A DNA stretch of 63,742 bases, the filler included, from Craspedostauros australis (Eukaryota): NCBI GenBank assembly GCA_030167865.1. It is 9 parts of 9 records of this genome, joined end to end, with 100 filler letters (N's around TTAATTAATTAA, not from the genome) between each part and the next. Parts side by side here need not be neighbours in the genome. Positions count along the whole stretch, not along the records: positions 45,869 to 58,010 come from JALAGF010005327.1; 8 more parts are not named here. The stretch is one strand, 5' to 3'. The notes under the pieces are model-generated. The model saw only the letters and a list, made by a program, of their open reading frames with translations, was not told where the DNA came from and did no database searches. The translations under genes and the position numbers were made by a program. Below, piece by piece: positions 47,290-58,110 of the stretch (positions are counted from its first letter, which is position 1; the number at the start of each line of letters is the position of its first letter).

Positions 47290-48603
47290 GATATGAATGC
47301 CGCAGTCTGAATTGCCACTACGGAATGCGACGAGCACGATGTCCAGGGGCGATGTTGAAGACATGTAGCTGCTCTTGGTTGTTCATGCTGTTCCAGGTGA
47401 TGTCAGCAGGTGGATGATTGCCCGATGACGACATGTCGATGTCAAATGCCATATTGTTGAGATGGCTTGGTATTTTGAGCATCATGACATGCCATATGGA
47501 CACAGACGGCGACCCACTGCAGCCAATGCCACAGGGTGCATGCTGGCACTCTCGTGCAGCGTCAGCGGAAGCATAATGACATCATTCATGTGGCCGATTG
47601 GCTTCTTGAGGTCCAACAGTGGCTGTGGATCAGGCGTTATCACAGTATCTGCTGCAAGCCTGCCTGCAGCAAATACATTGCAACTGCATTGGATAAGTTG
47701 GAACAACAACAGGGATCAATACACAACCAACATGGTCCCACGCAGAACAAGAATCATCTGGAAACGGATGACTCCAAACTACTAACACCTGACTAACAAC
47801 ACCAGTTCCAGCAGTTCATCGGGATGATGAACTGAGTTGTTCAACTTGGACGTTTTGATTTTGCATTTGCAACCTCTTCACTTTCACGTTTCGCTGCATC
47901 ATCTCGCAAAGGACGCCTTGAGAGAGCCATCAAAGTATGGGGATATCTGGAGCACAAGTCCACATTGCAAACACAGATTGACTCTTGCCCGATGATATTT
48001 GACAACTTCAATGCAACACCATCCAATCCAGAAATTGCTTCGCAGATGAAGGAGGAATACCCGGAAGCATCAGAGGAAATCGACAACAGATCACCAAAGA
48101 TGATCTACCTACAACTGCCAATGTATGCATATGTCAATGGCGATCATGCACACAATTGAGTCACATGAAGATCCAATGCTGGCATCATTCTATGCCTTGG
48201 AAGAACACCAGTATACTTCTCAAGCAAGAGGCAATCATCAGCTGCAACTTCAACATACAGTGCCGAATTCAATGTCATGGGATCCGTGGCAGAAGAGACC
48301 ATTGTGCTACAATGTGCACTCCAATTGCTGAGGGTGCAAGTCAAGTTGCCAGTAATTGCATCATGTGACAACAATGCTGCGATCTTGAACACGACGATCA
48401 CAGAGAGCCTGCTACAAAAGAAGCATGCAGCGATATCATTTCGCAAAGTCCGCGAATCTGTGTGAGCCGGTATGCAAGTGCCAGTATATGATCCACCAGC
48501 ACAAAAATTTGCGGGTATGCTCACAAAAGCACTGGCGAGACCAGCACTCGCCACTTTCATCACTGCTCTGTTCGACGGGAGTCATCCTCAAGATGAAGGG
48601 GCG
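47290..48603 (+). mobile_element. Decayed CoDi-type Ty1/copia RT C-terminus and RNase H, ending in a polypurine tract
   Basis: One frame from 47821 reads LGRFDFAFATSSLSRF...YVNGDHAHN*VT*RS..SSKRQ..TSTYSAEF..CDN..LQKKHAAISFRKVRE..MLTKAL, with in-frame stops. AAGATGAAGGGG at ~48590 is followed by TG. Confidence 0.8.
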
Positions 48604-49391
48604 TGCCAGCTTTCACTGTAAACTATACCACTTACAAATCGAATTGGTGTGCGCTTGGGCACTTTGTTTGGCTGGCTTTCTGCGTTGGCGACTTTGCTTG
48701 TTGTGCAAAACTCCTCTGTCGGCCACCGTGATCACCCGACCGGACTGAAAAAACACCCGAAGCAAAAACGACTCTTTCGCACCAACAACAGTAAAAAGCG
48801 CAAAGTATATGTCTGTCCGTCAACACGACCACCAGCAATCGCGAAGGTTCAGGTAGCGACGGCTCGGATGTGTGATAAAAACATCCAGTACGAAATCTAC
48901 GGGCGATGGTGATGGTTCTCGCCAAAACGAGCATGCCCGCTTGCACAACACAACTCCGCGATGTGCCGAACGAGAACAACAAAAACATGGCCCAAATTGG
49001 GTGGAAATGTTGGGTGGACCCTCAACACGAAGTCTTGCTGCAACCCGTTTTTGTTGAACCGGNATTGANGGAAGATTGACGGTTCTCGTCAAAAAGTCGG
49101 ACCGACGGAGCATTGCTACAACACGGCGCACTGCGAGAGCCTCGGAAGGACGGACCAACTCGCCACAAAATGTCTCCCCCCGCGACTCGTTGGTTTGTGA
49201 CTGAATGGGCTCATAACCGTAGATTGAATGCTTCATCCTATCCGTACTATTCTTTATCGCTTGGCTCCGTTGCGCCATTTGCTGGATTCGACCCGAAATG
49301 AAGGCACATTGATGACAGCCTCAAGACAAAGAATGAAAGCAGCCTCTGCTCTGGTGCCAAGTCGAAAAGAGGATAGCGAGCACTGGCGTCA

Positions 49392-50210
49392 TTAGATCGG
49401 CGGAGGCCGGCGCATCAAGGTACAGGGGAAGTTGAGACCGCCAACAGGGATGTTCTTGCGTTCTTCGACTTCGAATCCAAGCGACTGGTAGAAGCCTTCC
49501 GCCGAGATGGTCGAGAAGACTTCCAGCGTGGTGTCCGCTCCGCACTGCTCGATGATGTCGTTCTGACATCTGCTCCAAATGGCGCTCGCGACACCCATGC
49601 GTGTTGCGGATGGGGAGGTTGCAAAGTGCCTCAGGTGCGGTGGCGGAAGGGCGGGAGGACCTTCCGGAGAGCTGTTGTTGGCACCGCTGCTGACTGGTTT
49701 GCTTGGATTCGGATTGGTCTTCGTCCATCCACCACAGCCGACCAACTGGTTGGTTTGCGGATGCTGAGCGACGTACCATGTTCCACAAGTCAGAAGCTCT
49801 GGACGAGGTTTGGAGATCATGGGAACCGCCTTCTCCAAGAAGTCATCGTTGTAATCCGCGGCCAAGAGCTTGGAATAGGACTCGAGCATGAGCTTGCTGA
49901 GCTCCTCATCGTCTTCGATGGTTGACGGACGGATGATCCATTCGATGCGTTGCTTGGTTTCCTGGGCCTTGTCTTGCCCGTGCGTCTTGGCCGGGACTCC
50001 CTCGTTGGATCCCGACATCCTGAGGCCCCGATGCTGCGTTCGCAGACTTCGTGAGTTGATCAGGCCGTTGGCTTGATTGATGCAGTGGCCGAAACTGAGA
50101 CCGTGACTGGAGATGAGACTGAAGCTGTGGCCGAGACGGATGTTGAAGAAAGTTGCGACAAGAGCGGTCCCGATAATGATCCGACTGCTGCAATTGCCAA
50201 TCCGCTTCAT
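49392..50210 (-). CDS. GNAT-family N-acetyltransferase with a possible bipartite (plastid) presequence
   Basis: IRPST..D, LVGCGGW, HLRHFATSPSATRMGVASAI, STISAEGFYQSLGF. N-terminal hydrophobic stretch ends in GHS-FSL. Confidence 0.85.
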   Translation of the reverse strand: MKRIGNCSSRIIIGTALVATFFNIRLGHSFSLISSHGLSFGHCINQANGLINSRSLRTQHRGLRMSGSNEGVPAKTHGQDKAQETKQRIEWIIRPSTIEDDEELSKLMLESYSKLLAADYNDDFLEKAVPMISKPRPELLTCGTWYVAQHPQTNQLVGCGGWTKTNPNPSKPVSSGANNSSPEGPPALPPPHLRHFATSPSATRMGVASAIWSRCQNDIIEQCGADTTLEVFSTISAEGFYQSLGFEVEERKNIPVGGLNFPCTLMRRPPPI

Positions 50211-51129
50211 AGCAGATGCCAGAGCTTGGCGGCAGGCGAGACGATGAACCTTCAACGCTTGCGAGTACGGAGCCAAGTCTGCAGTAGAACCCTTCCTGCA
50301 ATGTTCTGTCTTCGATCACTTGTGAGCACGTCAAAGATCGGGAACGTAGAGTCAGTTTGAACTGTGCGATGGAGCAATCTGCCCTCCCATTTCAGTATCA
50401 TACGCTGGTTCACATGATGTCGCCAGTGGTGGAGGTATTCAACGATGGTGTCGGCATCAGCACCGACATCACCAACATGCCTGTGTTGTTCGGAGTTCCA
50501 GTTCGTTCTTTTTGTGTGACCCAAACGTGCGTTCGGGTTTGGCGCCAACCAACTCGCATCTCAGTCGATTGAGTCAATCAATTCTGTTCGTTTTGTGGTC
50601 ACACGAATCGGTGGCAGAGGTTCGGTTTAGAAGTTCGGTTCGCTTTCAGAGGCGGCAAAACGACTTCTTTGTCGGGACTTTCTCGGTGCTTCTCTCTTTG
50701 TCAACAGGCAGACTAAACGGGGCCTACGGTTTAATAGGTATTATACATAAATATTCAATTGTGTCCTGTAAATCAGATTGTTCGATTTGGTTTCTGTTCG
50801 ATATCAGAGGAATATGTTCGTCTATGTAACTTGAGGAATATCTATTAATAAATATAGTTGTGCTATATGTTCAGAATGCTGCAAAGGAAGCTAGATATGC
50901 ATCAATGTGTTTCACTCCGTCGACAACACAAGGACGAGGCACCGGAGGCGAACTCCTCAACAGGACTAATGCGTACTCCGTAGAGATCAATGCTGTTCGT
51001 TGGACAACACCGAACTACTATCTGCAGAAATTCGACAGAAGAGCAGATCCAGGCGTGACATGCTTGTTCTCCATCAAAATGATGGGAGAGTACCAATACA
51101 ATGTATAACAGTCTCATACTTTGATTTAC

Positions 51130-52215
51130 TCACAAGTCGTCACATGATCGATGGTCCAAGTAGTCATTGATGACACCCTCGAGTAGTTGCTGGTCTTCCA
51201 AAGGCAACCCAGCCGCCAGCCGGATCTTTCGCATTCGTAACTTCTTTGTGTGCAAATGCAGAGAGCAGCTTTTTACATTCGAGTGTTTGCCGTGATGCAG
51301 CGTAAGACTTGCTCGGACCAGCTGGTTGGTGCTGCCTTCCATGAAGCTAATCCTCTTGCCGAAATACTTCCGTGTCAAAGACCACGTGTGCTTACCGATC
51401 GTGATGTGGGTCGATACGAAGGGATTGACAAACATGAATTGGCCCATGAAGCCGCTATACACCGCTAGAACGAGGGGACGCGAAATCGGTCCCACCACAG
51501 CAAACCGCCCCGCGTGCAAGTATACACCAATCAGCATCGAACGCACTACCTTTCCTCTTGGCGGAATGTCCAGTACCAGCGTCCCAGCGTTTGTGAAACG
51601 AATGTCCGAGATGGATCTGGTCATTTTGACACGTTCGATGGTCGACCCGTGAGTCTCTGGAGTTTGTGGATGCACCGTCTCGGCGTGCGGTACGTACGGT
51701 GCAGCATCATCGTCTGATTCTCCCTTAGGCTTCAACAGCCCCCATCCTGCAAGTTCATCACGAACCGCGGGATCGGGAGACATCGGATGAAGATCTTCCC
51801 GCGAGAATAACGGAGCCGGAGAATACGTGGAGGCAAAAGGCTCGCTCCGAAGATGGTCTCGTCTTTCTTCCTGCGTGGGAAGTTGCCATGAAGGCTGGAT
51901 GTCACCAAAAGTGCTGCTGCTCTCGTCATCGTAGTCACAGTCGATAGCGTTGTTGATGTTGTGAATTTCATCAACAGTGATACTGTTGTCCTCACCAGAG
52001 CGTTCACCAAAGAAATCGTAAGCCGCCATTTCATCCTTCTCTCTTTTGAGAGCGAAACGGGAGCTGTTGCCGCCGCCACTGCGACGCACACGATCGAGAC
52101 GATGCCATGTCACCCGCTGTCGCCCAAATCTGTCACGGAGAGGTGACAGAGGCGAGAAGGCCACGGTGGAATGCAGCACAGCGGCGGTCGAAGTCAGCAC
52201 AACTGTGACTCTCAT
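51130..52215 (-). CDS. Putative plastid-targeted membrane-associated hypothetical protein, paralog 1 (361 aa)
   Basis: Signal peptide MRVTVVLTSTAAVLHSTVA-FSP (ASAFAP-like), Arg-rich transit-like segment, C-terminal GTLVLDIPPRG...VNPFVSTHITIG.HTWSL domain. Confidence 0.72.
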   Translation of the reverse strand: MRVTVVLTSTAAVLHSTVAFSPLSPLRDRFGRQRVTWHRLDRVRRSGGGNSSRFALKREKDEMAAYDFFGERSGEDNSITVDEIHNINNAIDCDYDDESSSTFGDIQPSWQLPTQEERRDHLRSEPFASTYSPAPLFSREDLHPMSPDPAVRDELAGWGLLKPKGESDDDAAPYVPHAETVHPQTPETHGSTIERVKMTRSISDIRFTNAGTLVLDIPPRGKVVRSMLIGVYLHAGRFAVVGPISRPLVLAVYSGFMGQFMFVNPFVSTHITIGKHTWSLTRKYFGKRISFMEGSTNQLVRASLTLHHGKHSNVKSCSLHLHTKKLRMRKIRLAAGLPLEDQQLLEGVINDYLDHRSCDDL

Positions 52216-52669
52216 CTTGATCGTTCCTTTTGGCAGTTTCGCACGAGCTCTCTCTCTCTCTCTCTGCCCGAATACAGCTGATTGCAACTGACTATGACCA
52301 CACAGCCTCCTTCGGTACAACCACACCCGTGAAATGACAACACAGAATGCAAGAACACAGCCAACAAAGCCACACAAAGAGGCTTCTTGACCCCTGGAGC
52401 ACGGGAAAATCCCAGTTGAGGTCGTATCGATGCGATCGGTTCATTTCGGAACTTCCACGACACAAACCGAAAAGGCGAAGACAGAATTCGCACGAAATCG
52501 TATCTTGGACAAATCGGACTACTCCAAATTCATTTTTCCTCCTTTTGCATCGTTAGCTGTTGCTGCGAATGATGTGGAGGAAGGAGATTGTATGAGGGGT
52601 GCTTGTCATCGCTGGTACTAATTGGACCGAACTTCGCCTCCCGCCTCCATTTACCATGATGATGATGCT

Positions 52670-53020
52670 TCACGACGGCGCAATGCACAGAGTTGTGGAA
52701 GTCTGGCTGGCATTGTATGTTGCGCTTGGAATCTCGCCTGCGTAGCCAGTTCCCAGAAGCAGCTGCTGCGCCATCATGAGTATGTCGGGACATTGCGAAA
52801 AGCTCCCCATTGCTCTCTTCGCAGTGATGTGGAGACCACAGTTGACTGCATGGTTGCGGACCTTCCAGTAATCGATCTTAATATCACCATTCTGATTCTG
52901 ACCTGGCGCAGTCTCTCGCAAGATGTCGAAGAGGATGCCCAAGCCATGGTGGTGGATGTCCAGGCATTCGGGGAAGTTGTGCAACAACCGGCAGATCATG
53001 CCGACGCCACCAAGCTGAAT
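52670..53020 (-). pseudogene. 5'-truncated duplicate of the 3' end of the ARM-repeat gene
   Basis: GGVGMICR.LHNFPECLDIH.HGLGILFDILRE...LC.APS is nearly identical to the C-terminus of 56462..57991. Similarity stops at ~53020. Confidence 0.85.
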
Positions 53021-54961
53021 CTACTAGGTGCAAAATTGCCTGTTTGAGTTTCTCCGTCGCCATCCAGAAGTAGCTCTCAAAGGAAGAAAGCCCCATCTTG
53101 ATCTTGCTTTTGTGTGTGAGTAGGTGAGTCATGGTGGTGAAAGCAGGCCTTCCCACTGGGTTGTTGGTCGTAGATAAGTACATGTTGAATAATTGTTTGA
53201 TGGTTGTGCTTCCACAATCGAACACCAGAATATTTTCAAATTTGACACCACCATACTGTACTGTGTGACTCAAACCTGCCTTGTATGTTGCAGTGGTCAT
53301 GAGGAAAGATGTCACACCAGACAGGTCACAGGCAGGCACACAATACTGGAGAACTCTTGGCAAGATGATCTTGCCATGGCTGAACATGTCAAAGGCATGC
53401 TGTAAGGTCATTAGTTGACTCCGGGTCATATTAGCGCGTGCGGGCTTGACATGAATACGTTGTTCCTCTGGAAGAGTCTCCACATGGCAAGACAGGATTG
53501 CGGAGCTGTTAGTGAATGACGCAGACGCAGCAAGCACAGCTCTGGATGCGTTAGCCACTGTCTTTTCTCCCCTCACACATAGGGTGTATAGATTTGGACT
53601 GAGTGTAGTTGGTGGAAGGTCCACGCAAGTGCGGAAAAACGCCACCACCTGTTGCATCTGGCGAGTTGGCAATTCCTCGTGAGGGAGCAAGACACCCCAG
53701 AGTGCAGTTGCAACAGTAACCCACACACGTGTTACATTCCACTATGTGCGCCTGTCGCACTGGTCGCCAAGCACGAATCCCATGGCAGGCATGGAATTAA
53801 ACATGGTCACGTTGAAGTGATCCGTGAGATCCTCCATCATGCGGATCACAGCACCACATCTCCAGCTTCCCTCCTTGGTTGTATCACACCCAAACTTGCT
53901 GTCCCTCCTGTCCCTGCCAGCGCGCATCTGTTCCTCCTTGTCGTCCATGTAGGTGCTGTCACTGTCATTGGAGGGATCCGTGTATCCCCTAGCAACAACA
54001 GTGTTGCAACGCCAGGGAAGTCTCGCTGGTGGGGTTGGCTCCACAGGTGGTGCAATGTCAGGTGCAGCAGGCCAGGGTGGCACATTCACGGCAACACTCA
54101 CCAACTCACCATCACTGATGCCTCGTCCTTCCGAGCGCACCCTGACATTGGAGTTTTTGTAGGCGCCTCCGTTGTTGTCGAGGACGTGAACGTACACATG
54201 CAGCTCGCAAGTGTGCGCATGCGTACTGTTCTGGATGAGGCTGCCGTCCGCTGCAAGCATCAGCTTCACATCGATCACTTGCATGATGGTGCTTGGCTTC
54301 CCCAATGCAGCAGACAGCTTGTCAGGCAACAGCTGTTCAGCAGCAGGCAGCAAGTTCCTCTTCAAATCAAAGGGAGGAGCAGGCGCATGGAGAGTAGAAC
54401 ACGGTTTCTTATGGGGGAGGGGCTGGCATCCTTGGAGAGGGCCTTGGCAGCAGCAAAGGTAAACATGATGTGGTTGTTGGTGTAGAGTAGTGTTGTTTGC
54501 AAGTTGGATGTGATGAACTGCTCTGGTCTGAGACAGGGTGAGGAAGGAGACGATGCGATGAACAGTGAACCATTCAGGACAACAAACATCAACTACTACT
54601 GCTACCACTATACTACTAGGGCGAGCACAAGCATGGAACACAACAGCGAGTGCGTATGGCATTGGCGAGGAAAGTTGTGAAATGGAGCGAAAGTGTGGCG
54701 ATGATGTGTGAATTTGTGACAGGATGTCGATGATGTTGGATGTGTGATGTGTTGTGTGTGACGTGTTCCGACGATTTGTGTGTTGTTGTTACGCACAAAA
54801 TGTGAGATCGTGTGGCACATGCTAACGTGTAATTAACGCGTACCAAACGACCGACGCCTTCGGAAGCAAGTCCGTGACTGAGTACCATAGGATAAATAAT
54901 CCGGAACATCATAAAACTTTCTGAGAAACAGCAACTATAACAGTCTCGTACTTTGATCTAC

Positions 54962-55969
54962 TCACAAGTCGTCACATGATCGATGGTCCAAGTAGTCATT
55001 GATGATACCCTCGAGTAGTTGCTGCTCTTCCAAAGGCAATCCAGCTGCCAGCCGGATCTTTCGCATTCGTAGGTTCTTTGTGTATAAGTGCAGATGGCCT
55101 TCCACATCACCTGAGAACATCGGGGACGTTGTCTCAAGACTTGCTCGGACCAACTGGTCGGTGCTGCTTTCTGTGAAGCTAACCGTATTCCCGGAATACT
55201 TCCGTGCCAAAGACCACGTGTGCTGACCGATCGTGATGTGGGTCGATACGAAGGGATTCACAACCATGAATTTGGCCATGAGACCACCGCATATCGTAGG
55301 AAGGAGGTAACGCGGAAGCGACCCCACCACAAAAATCCCCGCCATGCTCAAGCTTCCACCAATCATCACCGAACGCACTGTCATTCCTCTTGGCGGAATG
55401 TCCAGCACCAGCGTCCCAGCGTTTGTGAAACGAATGTCCGAGATGGATCTGGTCATTTTGACACGTTCGATGATCGCCGCGATGCGCGGTGGGAACAATG
55501 GATCATTGTCATCAACGTCGTCATCAACATCGTCACCAACACCGTTATCAACATCATCATCAACGCCGTTACCAACATCGTTACCAACGTATACGCTGTC
55601 GTGGTTGTTGCCGACGTCGACTTTGACCTTGTTGAAGACGTCGCGGATGTCATCAAAGACGTCGCGGGTGCCCATGATAACGGCGTTGCAGGCGCAGAGG
55701 GAGAAGAGGATGCATACGAAGACAGCGGCAGCCAGGAACTCGGGGACGTCTTCAAAAGTGAGCCTGTCGTATTCCCCGGGACCTTCATCATTGTCTTCTT
55801 CGAGAGCGAAACGGGAGCCGCCGCCACCACCACTGCAGCGTGCACGATCGAGACGATGCCATGTCACTCGCTGTTGCCGAAATCCGTCATGGAGAGGCAA
55901 CAGAGGCGAGAACGCCACAGTGGAATGCAGCACAGCGGCGATCGAAGTCAGCACAACTGTGACTCTCAT
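54962..55969 (-). CDS. Putative plastid-targeted membrane-associated hypothetical protein, paralog 2 (335 aa)
   Basis: Same N- and C-terminal blocks as paralog 1, with a different central segment. Confidence 0.72.
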   Translation of the reverse strand: MRVTVVLTSIAAVLHSTVAFSPLLPLHDGFRQQRVTWHRLDRARCSGGGGGSRFALEEDNDEGPGEYDRLTFEDVPEFLAAAVFVCILFSLCACNAVIMGTRDVFDDIRDVFNKVKVDVGNNHDSVYVGNDVGNGVDDDVDNGVGDDVDDDVDDNDPLFPPRIAAIIERVKMTRSISDIRFTNAGTLVLDIPPRGMTVRSVMIGGSLSMAGIFVVGSLPRYLLPTICGGLMAKFMVVNPFVSTHITIGQHTWSLARKYSGNTVSFTESSTDQLVRASLETTSPMFSGDVEGHLHLYTKNLRMRKIRLAAGLPLEEQQLLEGIINDYLDHRSCDDL

Positions 55970-56461
55970 CTTGATCGTTCCTTTTGGCAGTTTCGCGCGT
56001 GCTCTCTCTCTCTCTCTCCGTTGATGGAAGCCACGTCCCTTCCTCTCTCTCTCTCTCTCGCCGAATGCGGCTGATGGCAGCTGACTATGACCACACAGCC
56101 TCCTTCGATACAACCACACCCGTGAAATGACAACACAGAATGCAAGAACACAACCAACAAAGCCACACAAAGAGGCTTCTTGACCCCTGGGGCACGGGAA
56201 AACCCCAGTTGAGGTCGTATCGATGCGATCAGTTCATTTTGGAATTTCCACGATGCGAACCAAAAAGGCGAAGACAGAATTCGCACGAAATCGTATCTTG
56301 GACAAATCGGACTACTCCAAATTCAGTTTTCCTCCTTTTGCATCGTTAGCTGTTGCTGCGAATGATGTGGAGGAAGGAGATTGTATGAGGGGTGCTTGTC
56401 ATCGCTGGTACCAATTGGACCGAGCTTCGCCTCCCCCTCCATTTACCATGATGATGATGCT

Positions 56462-57991
56462 TCACGACGGCGCAAGGCACAGAGTTGTGGAAGTCTGGCT
56501 GCCATTGTATGTTGCGCTTGGAATCTCGCCTGCGTAGCCAGTTCCCAGAAGCAGCTGCTGCGCCATCATGAGTATGTCAGGGCATCGCGGAAAGCTCTTC
56601 ATTGCTTTCTGCGCAGTGACGTGGAGACCACAGTTGACCGCATGGTTGCGGACCTTCCAGTAATCGATCTTGATGTCACCATTCTGATTCTGACCCGGCG
56701 CAGTCTCTCGCAAGATGTCGAAGAGGATGCCCAAACCATGGCGGTGGATATCCAGGCATTCGGGGAAGTTGTGCAACGACCGGCAGATCATTCCGACGCC
56801 ACCAAACTGGATGAGTATGGCCTTGTGCTGGGCGTTGTCGTAGCACAGCGTGAAGATGGACCACAGAGACCACTTGACGATGCCTCGATGCAACCTGTAC
56901 CAGTTGGCGGTGTCGATGATGACGCCCATCCCACCAGCCTCGCAGACATGTCGTGACAGCGTCGTAGCCAACGAACGATCGCCCGATCCGTCGCCGTCGT
57001 CGTCCGCCAGCACGCCCAGCAGCAGCGCCCCCTTGCGCAATGATTCTGCAAGAATCTCCTCCTGGCTCTCATCGCGCTCGTTCCTGGCCTTGTCCAACAA
57101 CCGTCTCATGCTCTGGATGATCCCCTTCACCCCGAATTGCCGGGGGTTCGAGATGCACCTTGTCCGAACGGCGGTGTTCTTTGCGATCAGAGAAAGGAGG
57201 AACAGCGCAGTTCTGATCACGTTGACGTCTTCGGGGTACTTCCGAATGGAACTGCAGCATGCTTCCTGTGCAACCAGGGCAAGACCGTCTTCCATCTGCG
57301 GCATGCTGCCGTGGTTGTTTCGTATGGAATCGGCGACCCTTGCGCTCAATTCGTGCATGATGGCCAGGCACTTCATTGTGTTGCTGCGCGCGTGGGTTGC
57401 ATCGGTTGCTTCGTTCGTCACATCCGTACTCGCGATCTTGTCCGCATCAGCGCTCTCCAGTTGATCGTCTTGAAGCTTCTCAAGTTGTTCGATGAACTGC
57501 GAGGGCTGCTGCAGCTGAGACAGCTTCATTTCGCGTCTCATGTCCAGCACCGACGCATCATCTTGTCCCGCTGACATGGCAGCATGCTGCATCCATGCAT
57601 CCTCTCCCACGTCCTTCCCTGCATCGTCAGAGATGTCATGAATGAGATAGTCACCATCATCGTCCAGCAACAAGGATGCGACGAGCATGAAAAGACCAAA
57701 GATGAAGGACACGGAGCCGGACCAAACCCAACCTCTGGTCACCATCATGGATCCTCCCACCACAACGAGTGTCGGGAATGCGACCTTCTCAACGAGAGAG
57801 GGTGGTGATGGTGATTGTGATGGTGGAGGAGATTCGCCCTCCAATCGAAGCTTGGGATCGTTGTTCTGGAGGCCACGAAGACCTGCCTTCGCTCTGGATT
57901 GCGCCATCGCTTCCATGGCCTCTATCGTCTCCAGCATCTCCATCGTCTGCTTCCTTTCTTCGCCGTTGGTCTTCTTTCCGTGTCCTCTCAT
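56462..57991 (-). CDS. Membrane-anchored armadillo-like helical repeat protein (5' end may be incomplete)
   Basis: Two N-terminal hydrophobic segments, then ARM-like units (KYPEDVNVIRTALFLLSLIA, EAGGMGVII, QFGGVGMICRSLHNFP). Confidence 0.72.
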   Translation of the reverse strand: MRGHGKKTNGEERKQTMEMLETIEAMEAMAQSRAKAGLRGLQNNDPKLRLEGESPPPSQSPSPPSLVEKVAFPTLVVVGGSMMVTRGWVWSGSVSFIFGLFMLVASLLLDDDGDYLIHDISDDAGKDVGEDAWMQHAAMSAGQDDASVLDMRREMKLSQLQQPSQFIEQLEKLQDDQLESADADKIASTDVTNEATDATHARSNTMKCLAIMHELSARVADSIRNNHGSMPQMEDGLALVAQEACCSSIRKYPEDVNVIRTALFLLSLIAKNTAVRTRCISNPRQFGVKGIIQSMRRLLDKARNERDESQEEILAESLRKGALLLGVLADDDGDGSGDRSLATTLSRHVCEAGGMGVIIDTANWYRLHRGIVKWSLWSIFTLCYDNAQHKAILIQFGGVGMICRSLHNFPECLDIHRHGLGILFDILRETAPGQNQNGDIKIDYWKVRNHAVNCGLHVTAQKAMKSFPRCPDILMMAQQLLLGTGYAGEIPSATYNGSQTSTTLCLAPS

Positions 57992-58110
57992 CTCAACATG
58001 ATCGCTCTAGNNNNNNNNNNNNNNNNNNNNNNNNNNNNNNNNNNNNNNNNNNNNTTAATTAATTAANNNNNNNNNNNNNNNNNNNNNNNNNNNNNNNNNN
58101 NNNNNNNNNN

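Larger units (their letters stand above)
51104..56812. repeat. Local direct segmental duplication: 51104-53020 vs 54936-56812, separated by ~1.9 kb of unrelated sequence
   Basis: Both copies start TATAACAGTCTC.TACTTTGAT.TACTCACAAGTC and stay alignable to CCGACGCCACCAA.CTG.AT. Confidence 0.95.
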
